A stretch of 64,000 nucleotides of DNA from a bacterium. GTDB lineage: Bacteria; Caldisericota; Caldisericia; UBA6126. The number at the start of each line of letters is the position of its first letter. Positions within the stretch are counted from its first letter, which is position 1. The notes below the pieces were generated by a model. That model had not been told where the DNA came from. It searched no databases and was given only the letters and a program-made list of their open reading frames with translations. The stretch is taken from NCBI GenBank assembly GCA_021372585.1, contig JAJFUD010000065.1, positions 2,640 through 66,639 of the forward strand, in the 5' to 3' direction. This document shows, one piece after another, positions 56,266 to 64,000 of this stretch. Made by a program: the position numbers and the translations under genes.

Positions 56266-57270
56266 TTACCTTCCATTCTGCCTTAATGCAGCTTGAGCAA
56301 TGACTTGAACGATGAGTTGAGGATGATGGCACAATTTTTCAATAAGTTCTTCTCCGGTTGGATAGAAATGGTCAAATACCGAGATAAGATCTTGTATCTC
56401 ATCGCCCGTCCAAACCTCACTCGATAAAATCCATATTGCAAGACTGGTAAGAAATCCATCCTGGCTGAATTTCTTCATGGCAGTGCAAGCTACATGAAGA
56501 TTGAGTCTTCCTGCAGGTGTTTTGATAGCTTGCAGGATTCTGGGTATAGAACTTTCCAGCCCTAATGCTCCCAGAACATATAATCCTGCTGTCATAATTT
56601 TCTGTTGTTCTGATTCTAATAAGGAGAAATACCTGGCTTCTATTTTTGTTTCAAACTCGCGAAGCTTTGGGTTTTTTTTATCAAGAATAAAACCAGGAAA
56701 ATCACCCTGAAAAGAGCAAATCACGTTAGCAACCGCTTCATTGTAAGAACAGGGAATCCGCACGGTCTGAATCAGGAAAATCGGAAGTGCGTCAATTGTC
56801 TTGTGAGCAGCCAATGCTTCACCGACTTTGATTAATATTAGCTCCGAATTGAGAGTATAAAATATTGAAACCAAGAATTGCGTAATTTCAGGAACCGGAA
56901 GCCATTTAAAATCATCCAGCATGGACAATTTATCTTCGTAAGATGCATCTCGATAGGCTTCAATACAGCTATCGGCTAGATTTAATTTTCTGAACAGATC
57001 ACAGAGCTTACCGGTTATTCTTTCTTGATTTCGAAATTGTGAGAAAAGACTGCTAAAAAACTGGAGTAACTGCTTAAGTGAAAATTCACCAGCTTCCTCG
57101 ACCAGAGAATCAGAAGAGGCATCAAAATACAGAACCTGGTCCATCCTCTCTTGTAAAAGATGCGTTTTCTTTTTATGAATTTTATTCTTAGTCTGCCGAT
57201 TCATCAAGAAAAGGACGAAAAGCCCTATCATACAGAAGACTAATAATAAGAAAGATAACCAATCATTCAT
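56266..57270 (-). CDS. Membrane-anchored protein with HEAT/PBS-lyase-like repeats
   Basis: Single N-terminal TM helix. Repeating A..ALG.L...S.IP.LL..L motifs typical of HEAT-like repeats. No catalytic motif. Confidence 0.5.
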   Translation of the reverse strand: MNDWLSFLLLVFCMIGLFVLFLMNRQTKNKIHKKKTHLLQERMDQVLYFDASSDSLVEEAGEFSLKQLLQFFSSLFSQFRNQERITGKLCDLFRKLNLADSCIEAYRDASYEDKLSMLDDFKWLPVPEITQFLVSIFYTLNSELILIKVGEALAAHKTIDALPIFLIQTVRIPCSYNEAVANVICSFQGDFPGFILDKKNPKLREFETKIEARYFSLLESEQQKIMTAGLYVLGALGLESSIPRILQAIKTPAGRLNLHVACTAMKKFSQDGFLTSLAIWILSSEVWTGDEIQDLISVFDHFYPTGEELIEKLCHHPQLIVQVIAQAALRQNGR

Positions 57271-57298
57271 CTGGTCATATTCTCTAATCGAAAATCAA

Positions 57299-58075
57299 TT
57301 AAACTTTATATCTTGCAAGAAGCTCTTTACCAGTTTTATACTTACTTTGTATTTTTAGATGAATTAAGATTTTTAAATCACCTTTGACTCCGCATTCTTT
57401 TTTAAAACTATCGATCAGTTCCTTACAAAATGCTTCTAACTTATCAAATTTCACAAAGAGTAAATAAACTTGGCTTTGAATTTTTCCAAGGAAAAAAGTA
57501 CTCCCTTCCCTTTGTAGTAAAATTGAGGAAATTGTCACCAAGAATGTTCGCTGGACTTCATCCGTATTCTCTTCATTGGGTATTTGTACCCGAATCTCAA
57601 TCATATCGAAATTCTCATCATCCGCTATCCATTTGTTAATCTGAAACTCAAGTGACGAGTTTTGAAATACCTTCACTTCTGAAGAGCTATCCCCTTTGGA
57701 ATAATTCTTCAAACTTCGTTTGATCCTAAGTTGTAATTCTTCAAAATCGAAAGGCTTGATTAGATAATCGTCAGCGCCAACCAAAAAACCTTTGATTTTA
57801 TCTTCTGTCTGTGTTCTGGCTGTTAAAAAAATAAGGGGGATATTCGCAGTTTCAGGATTATCTTTAAGAGCTTTTGCCACTTCGAAACCATCCATCTCAG
57901 GCATCATGACATCCAATACAATGATATCTGGTTTCTCTAGTTGAGCTGTCTCAATACCTTTCTTCCCGTTGGATGCCTGAAATACCATGTAATGATTCAG
58001 TTTCAGATGAAGGGACAATAAACTTAAAATATCTGGTTCATCATCAATAATCAATACCCGAAACTGTTTATCCAT
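57299..58075 (-). CDS. Response regulator: REC domain + uncharacterised C-terminal output domain
   Basis: REC motifs (LIIDDEPD, phospho-Asp in IIVLDVMMP, KPF). About 130 aa C-terminal region matches no family I recognise. Confidence 0.7.
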   Translation of the reverse strand: MDKQFRVLIIDDEPDILSLLSLHLKLNHYMVFQASNGKKGIETAQLEKPDIIVLDVMMPEMDGFEVAKALKDNPETANIPLIFLTARTQTEDKIKGFLVGADDYLIKPFDFEELQLRIKRSLKNYSKGDSSSEVKVFQNSSLEFQINKWIADDENFDMIEIRVQIPNEENTDEVQRTFLVTISSILLQREGSTFFLGKIQSQVYLLFVKFDKLEAFCKELIDSFKKECGVKGDLKILIHLKIQSKYKTGKELLARYKV

Positions 58076-58084
58076 TCAATCAGC

Positions 58085-58288
58085 TCAACGCCATATTTCA
58101 ATAGCGGTATCTGGACACATCAGCGCACAAGATAAACACAAGGTGCATTTTTCCATCTCTGTAACGCTGACTGGATGATACCCTTCGGCATTTAAATCCT
58201 GCTTTAAGGTAAGAATCTGAACCGGACAAACACTGACACACAAGGAACAACCTTTGCATAGGGTCTCATTAATCACTACTTTTGCCAT
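58085..58288 (-). CDS. 2[4Fe-4S] ferredoxin
   Basis: Two CxxCxxCxxxCP motifs (CKGCSLCVSVCP; CTLCLSCALMCP) in 67 aa. Confidence 0.8.
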   Translation of the reverse strand: MAKVVINETLCKGCSLCVSVCPVQILTLKQDLNAEGYHPVSVTEMEKCTLCLSCALMCPDTAIEIWR

Positions 58289-58310
58289 ACCTTCACCTCT
58301 GTCAACAAAA

Positions 58311-59456
58311 TTATATTTCTTTTATGATTTCTTGAGCGATGACAATTCTCTGAATCTGATTTGTCCCCTCATATATTTGTGTAATCTTAGCATCTCTCAT
58401 CATTTTTTCTACTGGGTAGTCCTTCATATAACCATACCCACCCAATATCTGAACTGCGTCAGTAGTAACTTTCATCGCCATATCAGAAGCAAACAACTTC
58501 GACATGGAAGATTCTTTCGAGAATCTTTTCTCGCCACGGTCTATCATTTGAGCTGTATTATAAATCAAAGCTCTTGCTGCTTCAATCTGCGTTGCCATAT
58601 CTGCAATCATAAACTTGATCCCTTGTTGTGAAATAATAGACTCACCAAATTGGATCCTGTTTTTTGCATAACGAACCGCTTCCTCAAATGCTCCCTGGGC
58701 AATACCTAGCGCCTGTGCGCCCACGCCTGGCCTCGAATGATCAAAATTCTCCATGGCTAGCAAGAATCCCCTACCTGTTCCACCAAGAACATTTTCTTTC
58801 GGTACAATCACATCATCAAAGATAAGTTCACAGGTATGAGAAGCCCGTATACCCATCTTGTTCTCTTTCTTGCCAAAAGTAAAACCAGGCATACCCTTTT
58901 CGAGGATAAAAGCGGTCTGTCCGCGAATCCCTCGTTTGAAATCTGTAGAGGCAAGCACAACATAGACATCCGCTACTTCACCGTTAGTGATAAAGATCTT
59001 CGTTCCTTGAATTCTGTAATGGTCACCTTCCAGAAAAGCTCTTGTTTTTATATTCCCTGCATCTGATCCGGCTTCTGCTTCAGTCAACGCAAAAGCACAG
59101 AAGCTCTTTCCGGAAGCAATATCGGGTAAATACTTTGCCTTCTGCTGATCTGACCCGAACCGCACAATCGGGTAAGCGCCTAAAGCATTGACTGCAAAAG
59201 AAGTACCAACTCCACCACACACTCTGGAAATCTCTTCCATAACTAAGCTAAGCTCAAATACACCAAAACCAAATCCACCGTATTCTTCAGGAATAAACAC
59301 TCTGAAAAAATCTAGTCGACCCAACTCCTTCATTAACTCAATCGGAAATTCATCCTTCTCATCCAGAATTTCTCGAATGGGCTTGATTCTTTCTTCGGCA
59401 AAATGCCTTGCCAACTCTTTTATATTTCTTTGTTTTTCAGTTAATTCGTATCTCAT
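58311..59456 (-). CDS. Acyl-CoA dehydrogenase (short-chain/butyryl-CoA type)
   Basis: ACAD N/M/C domains. Catalytic Glu in YEGTNQIQRIVIA. Start set at MRYELTEKQ (59456), aligning with the usual ACAD N-terminus (MDF.LTEEQ). Neither this nor the ORF-track start (59519) has a strong RBS. Confidence 0.75.
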   Translation of the reverse strand: MRYELTEKQRNIKELARHFAEERIKPIREILDEKDEFPIELMKELGRLDFFRVFIPEEYGGFGFGVFELSLVMEEISRVCGGVGTSFAVNALGAYPIVRFGSDQQKAKYLPDIASGKSFCAFALTEAEAGSDAGNIKTRAFLEGDHYRIQGTKIFITNGEVADVYVVLASTDFKRGIRGQTAFILEKGMPGFTFGKKENKMGIRASHTCELIFDDVIVPKENVLGGTGRGFLLAMENFDHSRPGVGAQALGIAQGAFEEAVRYAKNRIQFGESIISQQGIKFMIADMATQIEAARALIYNTAQMIDRGEKRFSKESSMSKLFASDMAMKVTTDAVQILGGYGYMKDYPVEKMMRDAKITQIYEGTNQIQRIVIAQEIIKEI

Positions 59457-59552
59457 TATAGGCTTATTGTAATGAGTTGGAGAAATTCTGCAACATTTGT
59501 ATAATAGAGCTTCTTCCATTATACTTTCCCAGTATTGAGATAATGATAGAAA

Positions 59553-60392
59553 GTGGTTTTCATGAAACAGGAAGAGTATAAATGGATTTGTAAGGTTCGC
59601 ATAAAAACGAAAGTTATCTCTGCGGTTTTACCGGAGAGATGGAAAGATACTAATCGTGATGATAAGGTAATTCTGCGTGTTCAGGGAGAAAAAGAGTTTG
59701 GCGTTGTGTTTTGTTCCCCAAAATGGGAGATAGCGCCCAGCGTAGACCTGGCATTTATTGAAGATACCTCCATGCAACATGGTTCTGACCATGGACAAAT
59801 TCTTTTTCGCAAAGAAAAAGAGATCGAAGAATTTTGCAAGAATAAAGCTTCTCAGTTAAATCTGGAGATGGAAATCCTAAAAGCGGAGTGCACTCTTGAT
59901 TTATCCAAAACAATTGTGTACTTTACAGCTGAAAAACGCATTGATTTCAGAGAGTTGGTCAAAGAGATCAACACTTTTCTAAAAGGCAAAACCAAGATTG
60001 AGCTTTGGCAGATCAGTTCTCGTGAGAAAGCAGTATTAATTGGTGGCCTTGGCATCTGCGGACGGGAGATTTGTTGTCGGTCGCTTCAGAGAATCCCTGA
60101 AACAGTCAGTATTCGTACTGTGAAAGACCAACATCTGGACATCAATCCGCTAAAAATAACAGGTCTTTGTGGAAAACTGATGTGCTGCTTGACTTACGAG
60201 CACCAAACCTATTGTGAAATTGCCAGAGAATTTCCAAAAATCGGCACCCCTGTCCGATACAAAGAGTATGAAGGAACGATCAAAGCGTGCAATTATATCA
60301 AAGGTTCAGTAGTGATCGAACTAAACGATGGCGCTTCCCTAACAGCGAATGTCAAGGAAATCGAGATGATTCCAAGCGAAGAAATCGAATAG
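59553..60392 (+). CDS. PSP1 domain protein (YaaT/RicT-like)
   Basis: PSP1 C-terminal domain with Cys-rich blocks (GICGREICCRS; LCGKLMCCLTYE). Confidence 0.8.
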   Translation: MVFMKQEEYKWICKVRIKTKVISAVLPERWKDTNRDDKVILRVQGEKEFGVVFCSPKWEIAPSVDLAFIEDTSMQHGSDHGQILFRKEKEIEEFCKNKASQLNLEMEILKAECTLDLSKTIVYFTAEKRIDFRELVKEINTFLKGKTKIELWQISSREKAVLIGGLGICGREICCRSLQRIPETVSIRTVKDQHLDINPLKITGLCGKLMCCLTYEHQTYCEIAREFPKIGTPVRYKEYEGTIKACNYIKGSVVIELNDGASLTANVKEIEMIPSEEIE

Positions 60393-60433
60393 ACCCATCT
60401 GTTTCCAAATGAGTCTACAGATTTCATGAGAAA

Positions 60434-60928
60434 CTAATCAATCTTTTTAAATAGATTTTTCATTGTACCGCAAATCGGACAACGATCATGTTGGTCGCCT
60501 TCTTCGATAAATCCGCATACAGGGCAGAGATAGTAAACTTTTTCTGTCTTGTCATTCAAGTTATTTAATGCGTCCTGGTATAACTTTGCATGCACTTTTT
60601 CAGCTTCATTGGCAAAATGGAAAGCTTTTTCGGCGCTGGAATTGGTATCGGTTTTGGCTTGCTGAATAAAACCCGGGTACATTTCAGTAAATTCAAATGT
60701 TTCTCCCTGTACAGCAGCCTGTAAATTTTCTGCAGTGCTTTTGATCATGCCAAGATTGTTCAAATGAGAAAGGGCATGAATTTTCTCTGCTTTAGCGGCA
60801 GCTTTGAATAATCTGGCTGCGTTGTGAAATCCTTCCTCTTCCGCTTTCTTTGAAAAAGCTTTGTATTTACGGTACGCTTGTGATTCCCCCGCAAAAGCAG
60901 TTTTTAAATTATCCGTAGTTTTACTCAT
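60434..60928 (-). CDS. rbr: Rubrerythrin
   Basis: Ferritin-like diiron E..H motifs (AAKAEKIHA; ANEAEKVHA). C-terminal rubredoxin-like CPVCG...CPICG. Confidence 0.85.
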   Translation of the reverse strand: MSKTTDNLKTAFAGESQAYRKYKAFSKKAEEEGFHNAARLFKAAAKAEKIHALSHLNNLGMIKSTAENLQAAVQGETFEFTEMYPGFIQQAKTDTNSSAEKAFHFANEAEKVHAKLYQDALNNLNDKTEKVYYLCPVCGFIEEGDQHDRCPICGTMKNLFKKID

Positions 60929-60992
60929 AGTTCTCCTCCATTTTTCATTTCTTTACATACTACAAAATTATCAGATAAAAAGTTCGATGATT

Positions 60993-61583
60993 TTATTCAT
61001 TAGAAACCATCCCCTTTGTTGACCTGATTGCATAGAATTGTTGTTCGTGAAATTTAATCGTCCGAATCAGAAACTGGCTCTCGAAGCCTACCTTTTCAAG
61101 CAACCCAACCATCTCACCCATCTCAGCTTCTTGCAGTAATCTATGCAATACCAGATCGGTTTTGGGAGTAAACTCCAGGAATATGGACAAGGATCCTGTA
61201 TACTTCAAGAGTTTGAGGTAATTGCTCAGGATATACACCGGTTCTTCCATTAAATATTGGACATCTAACTGATAAATATTGTCAAACTGCTCCGGTTTCC
61301 AGCGGATCGTTGGATGAAGCGCATCATGGAACCACACCCGAAATCTTTCCTGATGACCGAACTCCTTTACGTAGGATTGAAACAGTTCAAACTCTTTCTT
61401 TTGATCAAAAAACAACACGCCAATGCTTCCTTTGGGCATATTGTTGGAAAGCACCGGTAATACGGTGACTGTTTTTAATCCGATGATTGAAAACACTTCA
61501 CCCTTATGAGCTCTGAAATTCCTGGTGAAAATACTCTCCAGGGTTTGATGCTTAACGGGTTGGTTTTTTTTGGTATCGGTCAT
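60993..61583 (-). CDS. Hypothetical protein
   Basis: ORF with no recognised motif. 5' end ambiguous: ORF-track GTG at 61604 or ATG at 61583. Both overlap the queH 3' end by 31-52 nt. Confidence 0.4.
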   Translation of the reverse strand: MTDTKKNQPVKHQTLESIFTRNFRAHKGEVFSIIGLKTVTVLPVLSNNMPKGSIGVLFFDQKKEFELFQSYVKEFGHQERFRVWFHDALHPTIRWKPEQFDNIYQLDVQYLMEEPVYILSNYLKLLKYTGSLSIFLEFTPKTDLVLHRLLQEAEMGEMVGLLEKVGFESQFLIRTIKFHEQQFYAIRSTKGMVSNE

Positions 61584-62091
61584 AATTAGAGAACAAGCAA
61601 CCACAATAAGATTGACGGTAGTAGTTTCTTTCCTTCGCTATTTGAACACCTTTCCGAAACTGGTTCCGAAAGTCCTCGTATAAAAAAGTTCTTTTTTGGA
61701 TGAATTTTGACGCCATTTCCTTCAGCAGATCATGTTTTTGGTAGATGCTATAAAGCAGTGTGGTACTGACATTGGGAATATCCATCTGCTCTGCCATCTC
61801 TTCCAGCTTCACCAATCTGATCCAATAACAGTCCCGACACCGGGAAGGCTCCCCCGGATGATTCAGAATGGTTTTTAAAAAGGCATGGATGTCATAAGGT
61901 CCTTCCACCAATGGGATGTTATAAGCGTCTGACAGCCTTCTGACACTATCGAGCCGGTCTAAATACTCTTTATAAGGGTGGATATTGGGATTGTAATAAT
62001 ACAACGTCACATTATATTCTTTTACAAAATGCTCCACCGGAATAATCGCGCATGGAGCACAACAAACATGCAACAGCAAAGACGGCTTCAA
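61552..62091 (-). CDS. queH: Epoxyqueuosine reductase QueH (DUF208)
   Basis: LLLHVCCAPC N-terminal Cys cluster and C-terminal YCGC motif characteristic of QueH. Confidence 0.8.
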   Translation of the reverse strand: MKPSLLLHVCCAPCAIIPVEHFVKEYNVTLYYYNPNIHPYKEYLDRLDSVRRLSDAYNIPLVEGPYDIHAFLKTILNHPGEPSRCRDCYWIRLVKLEEMAEQMDIPNVSTTLLYSIYQKHDLLKEMASKFIQKRTFLYEDFRNQFRKGVQIAKERNYYRQSYCGCLFSNYDRYQKKPTR

Positions 62092-63095
62092 AATAACAGC
62101 TCCTCATTGTTGACTAAAACCTGTTTCTCTTTCAAGTAGTGTAATCCTTCCCTGGTGATAACTCTTCCCCGGTTTGTCTTTTCTATAAAATTAATCGATA
62201 ATAAATAAGGTTCAGTGACTTCTTCCAAAGTTGTTCTGTCATCACTCAGTATAGCACAAATTGTATCAATCCCTATCGGTCTGCCGGATTTTAAGAAGAG
62301 AATCTTCAAATATTTTCGATCGAGTTCACTTAGCCCAATCTGGTCGATTTTCAACGTATCAAAAGCATCCAAAAGGATTTTCATCGAAATTGTCTTCTGT
62401 TTCTTCACGAGAGAAAAATCACTAACTCTCTTCAGAAGATGAATAGCAATCCTGGGAGTACCCCTTGAACGTTTAGCAATCTCTTCCGCTTCAGGCTCTT
62501 CAATCTGTATATCCAGTTTAGGGGCTAACCTACGGATCACTGTAATCAATTCATCGATGTGATAATACTCAAAGGCAAAAGAATGTCCAAATCTGTCCCG
62601 GAATGGCTTTGATAATAAACCTGCTCTTGTAGTCGCCCCAATCAAAGTAAAAGGATTACAGGGAATCGTCATCGCTTTGATATTCTTCCCACTACCCCGG
62701 ACAATCTGAATAGAGTAATCCTCCATCACGCTGTACAAAGCTTCCTCTACGCGTTTGTCCAGTCGATGCACCTCGTCTATGAATAGAATATCCATGGTAT
62801 CCAGTGACATAATGATGGAAAAAAGGTCAATAATTCGCTTAATGGAAGTCGCGGTAGTCCGGATAATATTTGAATTTAATTCATTGGCAATCACACTCGC
62901 CAGCGAAGTTTTCCCAAGGCCCGGGGGACCAAACAACAAAATATGCTCAATCGGTTGTTTCCGCTGAATAGAGGCTTCCATAGAGATCTTCAGGTTGGAA
63001 ACTATCGTGTTCTGTCCGATATATTCTTCAAAATTTTTCGGTCTGAAAACGATATCTTCCGGTTGATTCTCTTTTGTTGGATGCGATTTGTTCAT
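62088..63095 (-). CDS. ruvB: Holliday junction branch migration helicase RuvB
   Basis: Walker A GPPGLGKTSLA, Walker B ILFIDEVHRL, sensor/arginine fingers (GATTR.G.L..PFRDRFG), RSRGTPRIA motif. Confidence 0.9.
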   Translation of the reverse strand: MNKSHPTKENQPEDIVFRPKNFEEYIGQNTIVSNLKISMEASIQRKQPIEHILLFGPPGLGKTSLASVIANELNSNIIRTTATSIKRIIDLFSIIMSLDTMDILFIDEVHRLDKRVEEALYSVMEDYSIQIVRGSGKNIKAMTIPCNPFTLIGATTRAGLLSKPFRDRFGHSFAFEYYHIDELITVIRRLAPKLDIQIEEPEAEEIAKRSRGTPRIAIHLLKRVSDFSLVKKQKTISMKILLDAFDTLKIDQIGLSELDRKYLKILFLKSGRPIGIDTICAILSDDRTTLEEVTEPYLLSINFIEKTNRGRVITREGLHYLKEKQVLVNNEELLF

Positions 63096-63096
63096 G

Positions 63097-63987
63097 TTAC
63101 TCCGTTTTGGTGATTTTTCTGACTTTGATAAGATTCTTTTTTACTAACCAGTTCTCTTTAAAACTCGCCAACCGAATCAAAACTGATAAATCTTCTTTCG
63201 TATACTGCTCGTGAAATCGGATTAATCTTAAAAAATCGTGATAGGTGAGTAAAGGATAATCCGTTCGGGAAGTTTTAAAATTAGAATCAATACAATAATT
63301 CAGATCTCGGGATTTTTTGTTATACCAAAGCTGTTCAGTCGCTTTGATCCCATTCTCAATCCTTTTTGCTGAATTCGCAAAGCATTCCTCTTGGGTGAGT
63401 CTGCTCAACTGCCTGAGAAACAAGGCTTCATTCAGCAAGTGGTTTAATGAAGCGTGCGTCTTAATGGTCGGTTGTTCAAAGCAGATATAATCACAAATCA
63501 GGTACCCGTACGACCGTGTAGGAATCGTATACCCTTTCTGTATAAAACTCATCAGCAGGTTCCCCTGCTTTTTTGCCAGGTGTAATGCTTCCGGAATACC
63601 GAATTTTTCGTACATCTGCAAAGCAAACAATCCCGCATCGATATTAAACCGGGTATCATAATACGAATTCCGGATGCCATACTTTTCCTGCAGCCATAAG
63701 GAAATAGTTTGATTACTCCAGTATCCCTCTTTGTTCTGTTTTTTAAGCAAAGCATAGAGACTGATGATGCTCAAATCATAGGGCAATGTCTCGGAGCCAT
63801 TGTTATAAAAATCCATCAGGCTTTTCATCCCATACATCGAGTAATCCCAATAATACGTATTCTTTGTCTCTCCCAGAAATCCTTCCTGATTGGATTTATA
63901 ATAAAAACCATTCCGGGTAAATATTTTCTTATTATTAAAATCCATTGTAGCCAAGTACTTCTGTGTGACTGCGCTCTCTATCTGCAT
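63097..63987 (-). CDS. Hypothetical protein
   Basis: 296-aa ORF with no recognised motif. Tyr/Asn-rich, no signal peptide. Immediately upstream of ruvB in the position ruvA usually occupies, but it is not RuvA-like. Confidence 0.5.
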   Translation of the reverse strand: MQIESAVTQKYLATMDFNNKKIFTRNGFYYKSNQEGFLGETKNTYYWDYSMYGMKSLMDFYNNGSETLPYDLSIISLYALLKKQNKEGYWSNQTISLWLQEKYGIRNSYYDTRFNIDAGLFALQMYEKFGIPEALHLAKKQGNLLMSFIQKGYTIPTRSYGYLICDYICFEQPTIKTHASLNHLLNEALFLRQLSRLTQEECFANSAKRIENGIKATEQLWYNKKSRDLNYCIDSNFKTSRTDYPLLTYHDFLRLIRFHEQYTKEDLSVLIRLASFKENWLVKKNLIKVRKITKTE

Positions 63988-64000
63988 AATTGGATGATGA

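Noticed and set aside
60993-61604. Assigning a queuosine/tRNA-modification function to the ORF downstream of queH
   Set aside because: I recognise no motif, and the 5' end is ambiguous and overlaps queH. It is left as hypothetical.
1-64000. Mobile elements, prophage, CRISPR, rRNA/tRNA
   Set aside because: I found no integrase/transposase/recombinase-like translations in any frame, no inverted terminal repeats, and no regularly spaced direct repeats. Nothing resembles rRNA or tRNA. Composition is uniform apart from the Pro/Thr-rich inserts.

Overview
This 64-kb window is a dense, AT-rich chromosomal segment from a low-GC anaerobe. It resembles Firmicutes/Clostridia: there is a conserved rplS-lepB-rnhB-yraN arrangement, a PSP1/YaaT homolog, rubrerythrin, several ferredoxins, and several surface proteins carrying 'copper amine oxidase N-terminal'-type cell-wall/stalk domains. 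I found no rRNA, tRNA, CRISPR array, transposase, integrase or prophage signature, and about 90% of the sequence is coding.

Housekeeping content:
- secD-secF
- pcrA/uvrD-type helicase
- rpsA
- recG
- murI
- nadA-nadB-nadC
- yraN
- rnhB
- lepB
- rplS
- ftsW/rodA-type SEDS protein
- carbamate kinase + formate-THF ligase
- S8 protease
- clpC
- HIT protein
- a complete Pho regulon (phoB-phoR-pstS-pstC-pstA-pstB-phoU) with Pho-box-like direct repeats
- maf
- acyl-CoA dehydrogenase + ferredoxin
- PSP1
- rubrerythrin
- queH
- ruvB

Less ordinary content:
1. A five-ORF heteromeric FAD/Fe-S oxidoreductase operon (archaeal proline dehydrogenase / HcnABC / opine-oxidase-like) that appears co-transcribed with murI and recG.
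2. An FHA-domain membrane protein, PD40 beta-propeller, IMPase and heparinase II/III-like operon fused to nadABC.
3. An orphan NapH/NosR-like membrane polyferredoxin with an extracytoplasmic domain and a proline-rich linker.
4. An orphan GHKL-ATPase protein sitting where trmD normally precedes rplS.
5. A NERD-domain protein inserted between rnhB and yraN.
6. An orphan SagB-type dehydrogenase.
7. A response regulator with an uncharacterised output domain, followed by a membrane HEAT-repeat-like protein.

All calls rest on motif recognition in the supplied translations and on reading the DNA by hand. No database search was possible. Hand-indexed coordinates of small motifs may be off by 2-3 nt.
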